Origin: an uncultured virus (IMG/VR IMGVR_UViG_2061766007_000706) | Lineage: Duplodnaviria > Heunggongvirae > Uroviricota > Caudoviricetes | Virus record (IMG/VR): IMGVR_UViG_2061766007_000706 | Direction: 5' to 3' (one strand) | DNA length: 42,347 nucleotides | Part shown: piece after piece, positions 30,262 to 39,214 of the stretch | Layout: each line of letters starts with the position of its first letter | Numbering within the stretch: position 1 is the stretch's first letter | Program-made: the position numbers and the translations under genes | The notes under the pieces: generated by a model | What the model saw: only the letters and a program-made list of their open reading frames with translations | Told to the model about the DNA's origin: nothing | Database searches by the model: none

Positions 30262-30440
30262 TCTTCCACCTCCAACCGTTTTCTGACTTGTTCAGCCCAA
30301 TCTTTATCACCAACCAATGTAAACTGAATCCCGCCGCTAAACAGGATCGCCAACCGTTCACGGAAGGTCAGCCGGATTTCTTTTCCAACCACGCCCGGTA
30401 CATACGGGCTGTGCGTTTTTATCGGATATAACCGCTTCAT
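30258..30440 (-). CDS. Hypothetical protein
   Basis: Short ORF coupled by ATGA overlaps to both neighbours. Confidence 0.5.
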   Translation of the reverse strand: MKRLYPIKTHSPYVPGVVGKEIRLTFRERLAILFSGGIQFTLVGDKDWAEQVRKRLEVEE

Positions 30441-31828
30441 GCGCTTTCCTCCTTTGCTTTTGTCCATCGCGCTTTCAACGCCGCTAATAATGCTTCCTGC
30501 ACACGTTCTTTACCGGTCAAGGATTTTATCACGGCTTCATCCATACCGCCCTCAACGGTCAGAATATGCACAAATACCGGTTTTTCCTGCCCTTGTCGGT
30601 GTAAACGCTTGTTTGCCTGTTGGAAATGTTCAAGGTTCCACGTCAAGCCAAACCAAATGATATGATGCCCGCCGTGCTGAAGGTTCAGCCCGTACCCGCA
30701 ACTCGCCGGATGCGCCAACAACACATCCACTTCGCCCGCGTTCCACGCTTCCTCATCTCCCGCGTCCGCGTACACGCGCACACGAGGCCGCGAAGCTACA
30801 CCGGCCAGCGCACGGATCAGCCGATCACGATCATGCTGAAACTGATAGAACACAAGCACCGGTTCATTGATCTGTTCCAACGTTTCAAGGAATGCTTCTA
30901 TCTTGCAATCATGCAGTTCATGCACCGCGCCCGTTTCGTCATACACCGCGCCATCGCACAACTGCAACAGCTTCCCCGTCAGCACTCCCGCCGTACCCGC
31001 CGTTACCCAATCATCTTCCGTCACTTGCAACAGCTGTTCACGTTCCAACGTGTCATATACCTTCTGCGCCGCCTTATCAAGCTTCACGGGGACTTCATCG
31101 GTGATGCAATCGGGCAACGTCAGATAGTCTTCCGCTTTCATGCTTACGCAGATATCCGCTATCTCACCGAATATCACGCGATCCGCACCGGGCTTCAGCT
31201 TGTATGACCAAACTTGATACCCGTTCCGCTTATCCGGCAGGAAATACATATCACGGTATACGCTAATCGTCCGTCCTAACCGCTGTCCACCATCCAACAG
31301 GTAAATCTGACTCCACAGATCCGTTAAACCGTGCGGAGCCGGGGTTCCGGTTAACTCGATCAATCGTCTGATCTTCGGTCTTACCACCTTCAAGGCTTTG
31401 AAACGTTGCGCTTTGGGATTCTTGAAACTACTGCTTTCATCAAGCACCACACAATCAAACGGCCACCGCAAGCCAATTTGCCGCACAAGCCATTGCACAT
31501 TGTCCCGGTTGATAACATAAACGTCTGCATCCTGTGCCAGTGCCGCAAGCCGTTCTTTTTCACTTCCAAGCACCGTTTGTATAGATATTCCAGATAAATG
31601 TGACCACTTTGTCCCTTCTTTGCGCCATGTTGCTTCCGCAACCTTTTTCGGGGCAATCACCAAACATTTGCACATTGACCAGCGTTCATACTTCAATTTT
31701 TGTATCGCGGTCAACGTTATAACCGTCTTTCCAAGCCCCATATCAAGGAATAATCCGCAATACGGATGTTCAATAATAAAGTTTATGCAATCCCGCTGGT
31801 AATCATGCGGAACAAAATCCATCGCCAA
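30437..31828 (-). CDS. SNF2-family helicase
   Basis: LDMGLGKT, VLDESS, LTGTP, HPASCGYGLNLQ, QANKRLHRQGQ. Confidence 0.92.
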   Translation of the reverse strand: MAMDFVPHDYQRDCINFIIEHPYCGLFLDMGLGKTVITLTAIQKLKYERWSMCKCLVIAPKKVAEATWRKEGTKWSHLSGISIQTVLGSEKERLAALAQDADVYVINRDNVQWLVRQIGLRWPFDCVVLDESSSFKNPKAQRFKALKVVRPKIRRLIELTGTPAPHGLTDLWSQIYLLDGGQRLGRTISVYRDMYFLPDKRNGYQVWSYKLKPGADRVIFGEIADICVSMKAEDYLTLPDCITDEVPVKLDKAAQKVYDTLEREQLLQVTEDDWVTAGTAGVLTGKLLQLCDGAVYDETGAVHELHDCKIEAFLETLEQINEPVLVFYQFQHDRDRLIRALAGVASRPRVRVYADAGDEEAWNAGEVDVLLAHPASCGYGLNLQHGGHHIIWFGLTWNLEHFQQANKRLHRQGQEKPVFVHILTVEGGMDEAVIKSLTGKERVQEALLAALKARWTKAKEESA

Positions 31829-31834
31829 CCGTTA

Positions 31835-32105
31835 TCACCTCGCATCCGCGTCTGCAGATCTGCCCTCACCGCGATCCCGTGTAGCCCTCCCGCCGGATCT
31901 CATCCTCCGCATCTGGGCTTGCCCGCTGATCATCATGCACATCTGCACAACCTTATTCACCGCTTCCGGGCTATCCACGCAACCGGCTACCGTAAAACCC
32001 ATCCGGGCAAGCTGGGTCTGCACAAATAACTGCCGTTGCCGTGGTTCTTCGCCCGGTCTTTTCAGTTCCGCAAACACCACCGCCCCACCGGGCAACAGAA
32101 TAATC
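31835..32105 (-). CDS. VRR-NUC nuclease (N-terminus lost in gap)
   Basis: IILLPGGAVVFAELKRPG..PR..Q...LARMGF motif upstream of SNF2. Confidence 0.8.
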
Positions 32106-32231
32106 NNNNNNNNNNAACGTTCTTTTCGGCTTTTGTCCGCTTTGCTTTTGCAGGAGCCGGGACAACACCGTTTCCACGGATCGCATCGGCAAGGTTGTTA
32201 ATCGCATCAGCGATACCGGGCAGTTCAATAA

Positions 32232-32405
32232 TCACTTTCGCTTCAAGCATTCTCTCTTTTCCTCCTGTTCACGCTTCCATTGCTCGAATCGCCGTTGATT
32301 TTCCGGGTCAGCGTAGAACTTCTGCGCCGAATCCAGTACCGTAGCACATAGCACACGTATATCAACGGCAGGAATCAAATTCGGGCAGATTTTCACGTAT
32401 GCCAT
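32232..32405 (-). CDS. Hypothetical early protein (57 aa)
   Basis: MAYVKICPNLIP...KFYADPENQRRFEQWK with AAAGGAGG RBS. Confidence 0.55.
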   Translation of the reverse strand: MAYVKICPNLIPAVDIRVLCATVLDSAQKFYADPENQRRFEQWKREQEEKRECLKRK

Positions 32406-32422
32406 CTTTCACCGTCCTCCTT

Positions 32423-32623
32423 TCATCGCGTCAGCTTGCCTGTTGCGCGTTGNNNNNNNNNNNNNNNNNNNNNNNNNNNNNNNNNNNNNNNNNNNNNNNN
32501 NNNNNNNNNNNNNNNNNNNNNGGAAAAGTTAGCCGGTTTGATACCCGCTTTTTCAGCAACGGCCTTGTCCGTCATACCCGCTTCTTCAATCGCGTTACGC
32601 ACCACGGTAATTATTGCATCCAT
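32423..32623 (-). CDS. Cro-like HTH protein (gapped)
   Basis: AIEEAGMTDKAVAEKAGIKPANFS HTH; divergent from the repressor. Confidence 0.75.
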   Translation of the reverse strand: MDAIITVVRNAIEEAGMTDKAVAEKAGIKPANFSXXXXXXXXXXXXXXXXXXXXXXXQRATGKLTR

Positions 32624-32692
32624 ACATTAACCTCCTCTCTACAAAAGCAGGACAACATTTTGTGGTTGTCCATGTTTTGTGGACTCACCCAT

Positions 32693-32721
32693 AGTATAGT
32701 CTGCAATTTCGGGATTGTCAA
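32693..32721 (-). promoter_or_regulatory. Sigma-A promoter for cro/lytic operon
   Basis: TTGACA-17 nt-TATACT on the minus strand. Confidence 0.75.
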
Positions 32722-32763
32722 TAGTTATTTTGCTAAAAAATCTACAAATTGCAGAATTTTGTA

Positions 32764-32792
32764 TTGCACCGTTATTTAGTCTATGATATAAT
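32764..32792 (+). promoter_or_regulatory. Sigma-A promoter for the repressor operon
   Basis: TTGCAC-17 nt-TATAAT with extended TGn. Confidence 0.7.
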
Positions 32793-32818
32793 CATTTTTG
32801 GAAAGGAGGCGTAGACTA

Positions 32819-33170
32819 ATGGCGCAAGATCAATCTGCCCGCACTATTTTAGCGGCAAAACTCAAGGAGTACCGTCAACGCGCCGGACTCACCATCTATG
32901 AAGTTGGCGAAAAGATCGGCAAAAGCGGAAAAACGGTCAGCGCATGGGAAACCGGCCACGGTCAACCGGACGCTGAAATGTTCGTGAAACTTTATTCCCT
33001 GTACGGAATGACTTCAATGTCAGAGTTTTACGGGATTGAAGACGCGGACACTCCGCAGGACGAGATCGAACTTCTCAATGCGTATCGTGCCTTAAACGCG
33101 GCGGGAAAGTTGCTTGTTCTGTCCAATGCTAAAGCGTTGGTAAAGAGTGGGGATTTTGCNNNNNNNNNNA
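32819..33170 (+). CDS. CI-like XRE repressor (stop probably in N-gap)
   Basis: LKEYRQRAGLTIYEVGEKIGKSGKTVSAWETGHGQPD HTH; AAAGGAGG RBS before ATG 32819. Confidence 0.85.
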
Positions 33171-33221
33171 CAGCCGCCCGTGCAAATGGGCGGCTAATTT
33201 ACTTCATAGGAGGTTTTTATC

Positions 33222-33455
33222 ATGGGTAAGGCGAATTATGTTTCTGTCACAAGCGATAAGAGCAAAAGCGGCGCGTTTATCCGTTGCTTGCTCGGCGGGA
33301 TCATTGGTTGGCACTATTTCTATGTTGGCCGGTATTCGCGGGGAATCCTTGCCCTTTGTACCGCTAACTTTTTCCTTATCGGTTGGATCAAGGATCTGGG
33401 AGCAATATCACAAGGACGATTTCAAGATAATATTGGTCAATATCTCCGGCAATAA
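33222..33455 (+). CDS. TM2-domain membrane protein
   Basis: KSKSGAFIRCLLGGIIGWHYFYVGRYSRGIL...GWIKDL. Confidence 0.8.
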   Translation: MGKANYVSVTSDKSKSGAFIRCLLGGIIGWHYFYVGRYSRGILALCTANFFLIGWIKDLGAISQGRFQDNIGQYLRQ

Positions 33456-33466
33456 GGAGGATCACC

Positions 33467-35105
33467 ATGCCCGTTACAACCGTCACGTTCAATGCGGATG
33501 TTAAAAAGGCAAAAGGGGAACCGGTTTTAGCTGTTATTTATGCCCGATATTCAAGCCACAGCCAGACGGAACAATCCATTGAGGGTCAGCTGGCGGCGGC
33601 ACACGGATATGCGAACGCACATGGCTACACGGTGGTGCGTGAGTATTGCGACAGGGCGATGACGGGTCGGAATGATAACCGGGATGCTTTTCAACAGATG
33701 CTATCCGATACGGATAAACACCAATTCGATGTTATAATCACATGGAAGGTTGACAGAATCGGACGCAACCGGGAAGATATTGCATTCAATAAGCATCGTT
33801 GCAAAAAGAACGGAATACGTATTGAATACGTAGCGGAGAATCTTCCCGACAGCGCGGAATCCGTGATTCTTGAAAGTGTATTGGAGGGAATGGCTGAATA
33901 CTATTCCCTCCAACTTTCTACCAATATTCGCCGGGGTCAGCTTGAATCGGCGCGAAAGCTTCAATGCGTAGGCGGTACGCGTCCTCTCGGATATGACGTA
34001 GACAAGGAAACAAAGAAATACATCCTCAATGAACAAACCGCGCCAATCGTCAAGCAAATCTTTGAAAGATACGCGGAAGGGCAGACGGAATTTGAAATCA
34101 TCCGTTGGCTGAATGAACAGGGCATCCGAACCACAAAGAAAAAGCCCTTCTCCAAATCAAGCCTTGCGACCCTACTTCACAACGAAAAATATATAGGGGT
34201 TTACGCATACAAAGATCTGGTAAGGGTAGAAGATGGAATCCCGGCAATCGTGGATAAAGATCTGTTTGAGAAGGTGCAGGAACTTATGAAGGTAAACCGC
34301 CGCGCCCCGTCCCATACATGGACGCATCGTGAATACATCTTGACCGACAAGCTGTTTTGCGGCAAATGCGGATCACCGATGGTTGGCGAATCCGGGTTTT
34401 CAAAGACCGGGGCAAAGTATAGCTATTATAGCTGTGTCGGCAACCGGAAAAAGAAGATCTGTGATAAACACCCGGTTCGGCAGGACTGGATCGAGGGCGA
34501 AGTGCTGAAAGCTACACGAGAGATGCTGGGCGATGATGAACTGCTAGACTTCATCGCGGATAAGACCTATGAATACTATCTGTCTATCAGTACGGATCAA
34601 GCTAATAAAACGATCCTTGAAAATGAACTGGCATCCGTAAACACATCCATAGACCGGCTGATTTCCGCGATTGAAGCCGGAGCGTTTAATGACCGGATAA
34701 AATCCCGGCTTGANNNNNNNNNNNNNNNNNNNNNNNNNNCAAATAACCGCGTCAATCGCGGATCTGGAACTAACTTCCGGTTTCCAACTGACGCGGGATC
34801 ATATCGCATTTTTCCTTCGGCAATTCCGGGACGCAGATCTAAATGATCGGGCTTGCCAAAAGCGTTTGATTCAGACTTTCATAAACGCCGTGTTCGTGTA
34901 TGACGATAAACTGAAGATCGTATATAATTACACTGCTGATTCCAACACGGTAACGCTTGATATCGTTGATAAACTTGACATTACCGGGGAGGGTTCGGGG
35001 TTCGTACACAGCCCGGAATGCTCCACCATACCGATCTGGTACGAACCCGGAATAATCATATTCGGGTCAACGTTCATGATCGTAATAGAAAAGACGGGCG
35101 GTTAA
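33467..35105 (+). CDS. Large serine recombinase (integrase), frame broken at N-gap 34714-34739
   Basis: VIYARYSS catalytic Ser, DRIGRN, PLGY, recombinase domain, zinc ribbon CGKCG...YYSC...C, coiled coil; C-terminal part in ORF 34710-35105. Confidence 0.92.
34998..35048. other. Candidate attP site
   Basis: Perfect 10-bp inverted repeat GGGTTCGTAC/GTACGAACCC flanking a central CTCCACCA, inside the integrase 3' end. Confidence 0.55.
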
Positions 35106-35121
35106 TCACCGTCCGTCTTTT
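35089..35121. terminator. Bidirectional terminator between convergent genes
   Basis: AAAAGACGGGCGGT-TAATC-ACCGTCCGTCTTTT. Confidence 0.65.
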
Positions 35122-35434
35122 CTACTGCTTTGAAAGAATCCACACCGGGGATCAATGAAAGACTGCTTCCGTTGTCCCAGTTCACCATGATCTGTCCGGC
35201 ATCATCCACTCCGACAACCGTTCCGCGTGTCCCTTCCGGCGGGGCTTGAAAATCATCCATACCGATCAATTCAACCCTCGCTCCCTTTGGATACTGTTCC
35301 CGGAGAATCTGCAACTTTCCATATCGTGCGGTTTCCCGATACCCATTCAAGGTTTCATTCACCATGTTCATCTGTAGAGCCCTCCTTTGGTTTTCGATTT
35401 CTTGATGGTATCCACTGTGATAACGTATTCCCAC
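35102..35434 (-). CDS. DUF4314 domain protein
   Basis: YPKGARVELIGMDD..APPEGTRGTV.GVDDAGQIMVNWDNGSSLSLIPGVD. Confidence 0.8.
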   Translation of the reverse strand: MGIRYHSGYHQEIENQRRALQMNMVNETLNGYRETARYGKLQILREQYPKGARVELIGMDDFQAPPEGTRGTVVGVDDAGQIMVNWDNGSSLSLIPGVDSFKAVEKTDGD

Positions 35435-35619
35435 TTCCCGAACCGACCTAATGCGATCCGTGCGCCCTTCCGGGTATTGAACGCCTTTTGATAGATCTGT
35501 TGGAAATCACCGTCACGGATAGTAAGAACAACCGAATCATCGGGGAACATTGCAATCACGGCGGTATCACCACGATCATTCTGATAGTGTTCTTCTACTT
35601 TCGTCTTAATCAGCCACAT
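35368..35619 (-). CDS. Hypothetical protein
   Basis: 83 aa ORF with GGAGGG RBS in the early operon. Confidence 0.55.
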   Translation of the reverse strand: MWLIKTKVEEHYQNDRGDTAVIAMFPDDSVVLTIRDGDFQQIYQKAFNTRKGARIALGRFGKWEYVITVDTIKKSKTKGGLYR

Positions 35620-35824
35620 CGTCAGCCCTCCCTAACACATAAACATCTTCGTAATTTACCCGGATGCGTTCATGATCGAAATCATCCAGTTCAATCGTTA
35701 CGGACTGATCATTCAGCCGAACAATTGTTCCATGATAACGGTATGACCAACGCGGAGTTATGTGCGTCACCATCCAACCGTTATCCCGGATCTGTACCCT
35801 GTCACCAACCCTTAAATCTTTCAT
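35606..35824 (-). CDS. Hypothetical protein (SH3/KOW-like)
   Basis: MKDLRVGDRVQIR...YHGTIVRLNDQSVTIELD; upstream part of the track ORF overlaps another gene. Confidence 0.5.
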   Translation of the reverse strand: MKDLRVGDRVQIRDNGWMVTHITPRWSYRYHGTIVRLNDQSVTIELDDFDHERIRVNYEDVYVLGRADDVAD

Positions 35825-35864
35825 AGCGTTAACCGGGGATATACCGCCCCGGCTCGGTTTGTCC

Positions 35865-36143
35865 TTAAAGCGTTTCATATTTCCCGGTTGCCGGATTGCG
35901 GTACTGGATCTCCGTGCAACCATAAGCGGATTCGTAGGTGTCCAACGGGGCAAAGCTACTGTTGCTTGTGCTTTTCCCGTAAGCGTAAATCTCACCGTCA
36001 TCATCCAACAGCCGAAAAGTGAACAATTCCGGGACGAAACCCTGTTCCTTTTCAAGCCGTTCTTTCATGTGCTTCAGCCGCCCGGTGTACTCATCCTTCC
36101 CGGAATCCGTGATTGCGGCACACCATTTCGTAATACAGAACAT
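35865..36143 (-). CDS. Hypothetical phage protein
   Basis: FRLLDDDGEIYAYG...FAPLD...YGCTEIQY; GGAGGG RBS. Confidence 0.6.
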   Translation of the reverse strand: MFCITKWCAAITDSGKDEYTGRLKHMKERLEKEQGFVPELFTFRLLDDDGEIYAYGKSTSNSSFAPLDTYESAYGCTEIQYRNPATGKYETL

Positions 36144-36156
36144 CTTTCATCCCTCC

Positions 36157-36486
36157 TTAACAATACTTGATAAGATCATACTGACCATTCTTGATGCACG
36201 TTGCCGCGCGGGTTTCACTGGCCCAGACAACGATTCTCTTTGCAAGCCCGATCTGCTTTCCGGTAAGATAGATCACCGGGCGGCAACAAGCACCGGCGAA
36301 TTCGTTCTGCAGTTCCCGCAGATCCCCGTCAAGCATATTGCAGATCCGTTCATACCGTGGCTTGTCCATCGGGATTTCTCCGTCTTCCATCGCGCGGGCG
36401 GTAAGCCACAGGCGATTGTGATAAAACTCGATATCGTGTGCGTGTTTCGCCGCGCTGAAGGGGTAACGTTTTTCGTTGGTAGCCAT
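36157..36486 (-). CDS. Hypothetical protein
   Basis: 109 aa ORF, AAAGGAG RBS, first gene after the promoter at 36531-36559. Confidence 0.6.
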   Translation of the reverse strand: MATNEKRYPFSAAKHAHDIEFYHNRLWLTARAMEDGEIPMDKPRYERICNMLDGDLRELQNEFAGACCRPVIYLTGKQIGLAKRIVVWASETRAATCIKNGQYDLIKYC

Positions 36487-36525
36487 GATTCCGATCTCCT
36501 TTCAAAGTGGTTTATCAACCTTACG

Positions 36526-36614
36526 TGAACATTGTAAATTATAAAATTGCTTTTGTCAATACTTTTTGACAACTTTTTTCTAACATTTTGAAAATTCCTT
36601 TTTCCGTTGTCAAT
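36526..36614 (-). promoter_or_regulatory. Duplicated early promoter/operator, copy 1
   Basis: TTGACA-17-TACAAT (36531-36559) with palindrome TTGTCAA-6-TTGACAA; near-identical to 37722-37810. Confidence 0.75.
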
Positions 36615-36768
36615 CTAAAAATTGACCACGGAAGCAAACACGAATGAGGGATCTGCGAGGGGGCTACACAGGAATGGGAAAGCACCCGCCGGATCTCCTG
36701 TGTGCCGGAAACAAAAAGAACCGGGAACCGATCATCACCGGCTCCCGGTTTCACTTTCACCAGATCCA

Positions 36769-37257
36769 TCAGCCACACTCCTCCCCGGTATATGTAACAT
36801 CGGTTAGGACTTGCCACTGATCCACAAACCCGAACGTATCTGTTTCAATCAGCTGGGCAACGTGCGCCATTACATGATCCGCTTCTTCCCGCGTCAATCC
36901 CCGGATATCATCTTCCCCGTTGAATGCCAAAACAAGCAGATTCCCAACGGTAATGATTTCGTCACCGTTCCGGGCAGACACCCGGCAATCATCGCGGTAT
37001 GTTCCTTCTTCATCAGCAATCAGCACAAAGGGCTTGCCACCGATCCACCGGAAAGGCATCTCCAATACCCGACATCCGATCTTTTCCCGGAATGCTTCAC
37101 CATCATTCGCAACCCGGATCGGACGAATGATCTTCTGCCCATACACATCCACAAACACGGCGAGGATACCGTCTTCCTCTGCAAGATACTCTTCAACATA
37201 CCGTTTATTCGCGGCTTCAACTTCCTGCATAACTTCCAGTTTGCGCTTGATATCCAT
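36769..37257 (-). CDS. DUF3846-like hypothetical protein
   Basis: EKIGC..LE....IGGKPFVLIADEEG...VGNLLV motif; AAGGAGG RBS before ATG 37257. Confidence 0.55.
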   Translation of the reverse strand: MDIKRKLEVMQEVEAANKRYVEEYLAEEDGILAVFVDVYGQKIIRPIRVANDGEAFREKIGCRVLEMPFRWIGGKPFVLIADEEGTYRDDCRVSARNGDEIITVGNLLVLAFNGEDDIRGLTREEADHVMAHVAQLIETDTFGFVDQWQVLTDVTYTGEECG

Positions 37258-37306
37258 GATCCTTACCTCCTTCAAAAACGGGGGAGGGGGCTTACGCCCC
37301 GCCCCC

Positions 37307-37670
37307 TTACTGATCTTCACCGTCATCCGCTTCCGCGTCATCCGCTTCCGCGTCATCCGCTTCCGCGTCATCCGGTTCATCGTCCTCGGTATCATCCGGG
37401 GCATTCACTGTCCAATCCACGGGGTTAGCCGCGTAGATCGTAACAACCTTCTTCATCTCGGCGAATGCGGCGGGGGTCATCTTGTGGAACTGNNNNNNNN
37501 NNACCGTCCACAACGTAGCTGTCGGACACCGTGACACCAGCACAAGTGCTGTTGCGATCCGGAAATTCAACCGCGACCAGCGTTCCCTGTGCAACGGTCA
37601 TACCTTCGGGCAGTTCGTAGATACGGGCGGCATTGTCCTTCAGCCGGAGAACCTTAACGATGTTTTTCAT
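37307..37670 (-). CDS. Hypothetical protein with acidic DDAEA repeat tail (gap-split)
   Basis: ORFs 37425-37715 and 37307-37594 join across N-gap; AAGGAGG RBS before ATG 37670. Confidence 0.55.
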
Positions 37671-37721
37671 GGGGATACCTCCTTCAATCTTTCGTAAATC
37701 GGTTGCTTTGTTCAACCGTCA

Positions 37722-37810
37722 CGAACATTGTAAATTATAAAATTGCTTATGTCAATACCTTTTGACAACTTTTTTCTAACTTTTTGAAAAATTATTTTTC
37801 CGTTGTCAAT
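37722..37810 (-). promoter_or_regulatory. Duplicated early promoter/operator, copy 2
   Basis: TTGACA-17-TACAAT (37727-37755); near-identical to copy 1. Confidence 0.75.
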
Positions 37811-37860
37811 TTGATAGTTGACAAACCAAACAGAATCAATGTATCATACCGTGTGAGGAG

Positions 37861-38085
37861 GTGATCCGTATGGAACTGTCCACCGCCGAGAAGATACGAA
37901 TTATCTTGAAACGGAAAGGAATGACGGTCAAAGAACTTGCAGAACTAACCGGACAATCCCGCCAGAATCTGGCACAGAAACTGGATCGTGATAATTTCGA
38001 TGAACGGGAACTTCGGTTGATCGCTGAAAAGATGGGTGTCAGTTTTGAATCCTATTTCATTCTGCCAAACGGTGATCGTATCTAA
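37861..38085 (+). CDS. XRE-family HTH regulator
   Basis: EKIRIILKRKGMTVKELAELTGQSRQNLAQKL; promoter TTGACA-18-TATCAT at 37818-37847; terminator at about 38090-38118. Confidence 0.85.
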   Translation: MIRMELSTAEKIRIILKRKGMTVKELAELTGQSRQNLAQKLDRDNFDERELRLIAEKMGVSFESYFILPNGDRI

Positions 38086-38124
38086 CCGGAAAGAAGCGCA
38101 GATCCGCGCTTCTTTTTTTATTAC

Positions 38125-38372
38125 CTTACACGCGCGCACGCGCGTATATAATACGCGTATGTGGGCGTATACGTGCTATACGTGCGCCCTGCGTATGCTT
38201 ATATACCTATATTAGATATATTATGTAATAATGTAATATATCTAATATAAATATAGACAAAATAACGGTTTTTTCATCTTACATTGTTTCTTACATTGTT
38301 TCTTACAATCTTACAAACATTTTTGCCCTTTTCTTACATAAATGTAAGAAACGCAACTTTGTAACATTGAAA
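38125..38372. other. Putative replication origin (AT-rich, CTTACA/TGTAA(G) iterons)
   Basis: Non-coding, very AT-rich, many CTTACA copies in both orientations, immediately downstream of the primase gene. Confidence 0.6.
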
Positions 38373-38373
38373 A

Positions 38374-38618
38374 TCAAGATTGTAATTCACCGGTTTTCTT
38401 ACGCACAAACCCACGTTGCGCACCGTACTGGGGGACGTAAATCACACCCGCACTGCTCCAATCCGGCATACTTGACAGCACCGCGTTGATCTCCCGCGTT
38501 TCACTTTTCTTCGCTTTGTCATCCACGGAATGTCCGTAAAGTTCGCGCCAGATTTCTGCCGCGCACACGGTCTGCCTGTCCACCAACTGGATTGTTTCGT
38601 CCGACTTAACGCCGCCCG
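38374..38618 (-). CDS. C-terminus of the VirE primase-helicase
   Basis: VCAAEIWRE...REINAVL...YGAQRGF typical of VirE C-termini; continues from 39998. Confidence 0.75.
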
Positions 38619-38628
38619 NNNNNNNNNN

Positions 38629-38866
38629 CTTCATACGTCATTGCCCGGTTGCTGTCACTTACACCGGCTGTGGTAGGATCAACCAGCACACCGAGAAGGG
38701 AAAGCATCATAATGAATGCGTCCGCAACCCGTACCGCGTTATTCTGCGTCAGTGCCGGGTATACGTCAAACATCGCAAGGATCGTATAAACGAACGTAAG
38801 GATGCAGGAAATAAAGGAAGTCAGCCAAACCTTGTTTTTGAATCGTACTTTCCAATTCAGTTTCAT
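38629..38866 (-). CDS. Holin (phiLC3-like), stop lost in gap
   Basis: MKLNWKVRFKNKVWL...LGVLVDPTTAGVSDSNRAMTY, two TM helices. Confidence 0.85.
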
Positions 38867-38883
38867 TGGGGATCATCCTTTCT

Positions 38884-39213
38884 TCAATTTGATGTGGGCG
38901 GTTCCGTAGGTAACTGCTTTAGCTTATTGTATATGTTCGTAATCGCACCGTTACCGCCCAACGCGTGATACGCATTGTATAGGGATTCAACGTTTTCCAT
39001 GCCGTAGATTGGGCAGAACCCTTTATCCGTGTAATGGTTGTATGCTTGAATGATCCTGTCCCGGAGAAGGGCTTGCATCCCATCTTCAACAGCTGTCTGC
39101 TTTACGCGGGTTTCTTTGACCCGTTTTGCAAGCTTCCGGTAAAGCCATCCGAGGAAAGCAAGCACCAATCCAAATAAGGCTTCTACCCAATACTTGACAA
39201 TGAATTCGTGCAT
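38884..39213 (-). CDS. Lysis-module membrane protein (holin-like)
   Basis: N-terminal TM helix, ALLRDRIIQAYNHY..KG, LYNAYHALGGNG motif. Confidence 0.65.
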   Translation of the reverse strand: MHEFIVKYWVEALFGLVLAFLGWLYRKLAKRVKETRVKQTAVEDGMQALLRDRIIQAYNHYTDKGFCPIYGMENVESLYNAYHALGGNGAITNIYNKLKQLPTEPPTSN

Positions 39214-39214
39214 T

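Noticed and set aside
34990..35028. tRNA gene (GGTTCG...CTCCACCA)
   Set aside because: No cloverleaf, wrong T-arm-to-CCA spacing, and it lies within the integrase ORF; better explained as an att site
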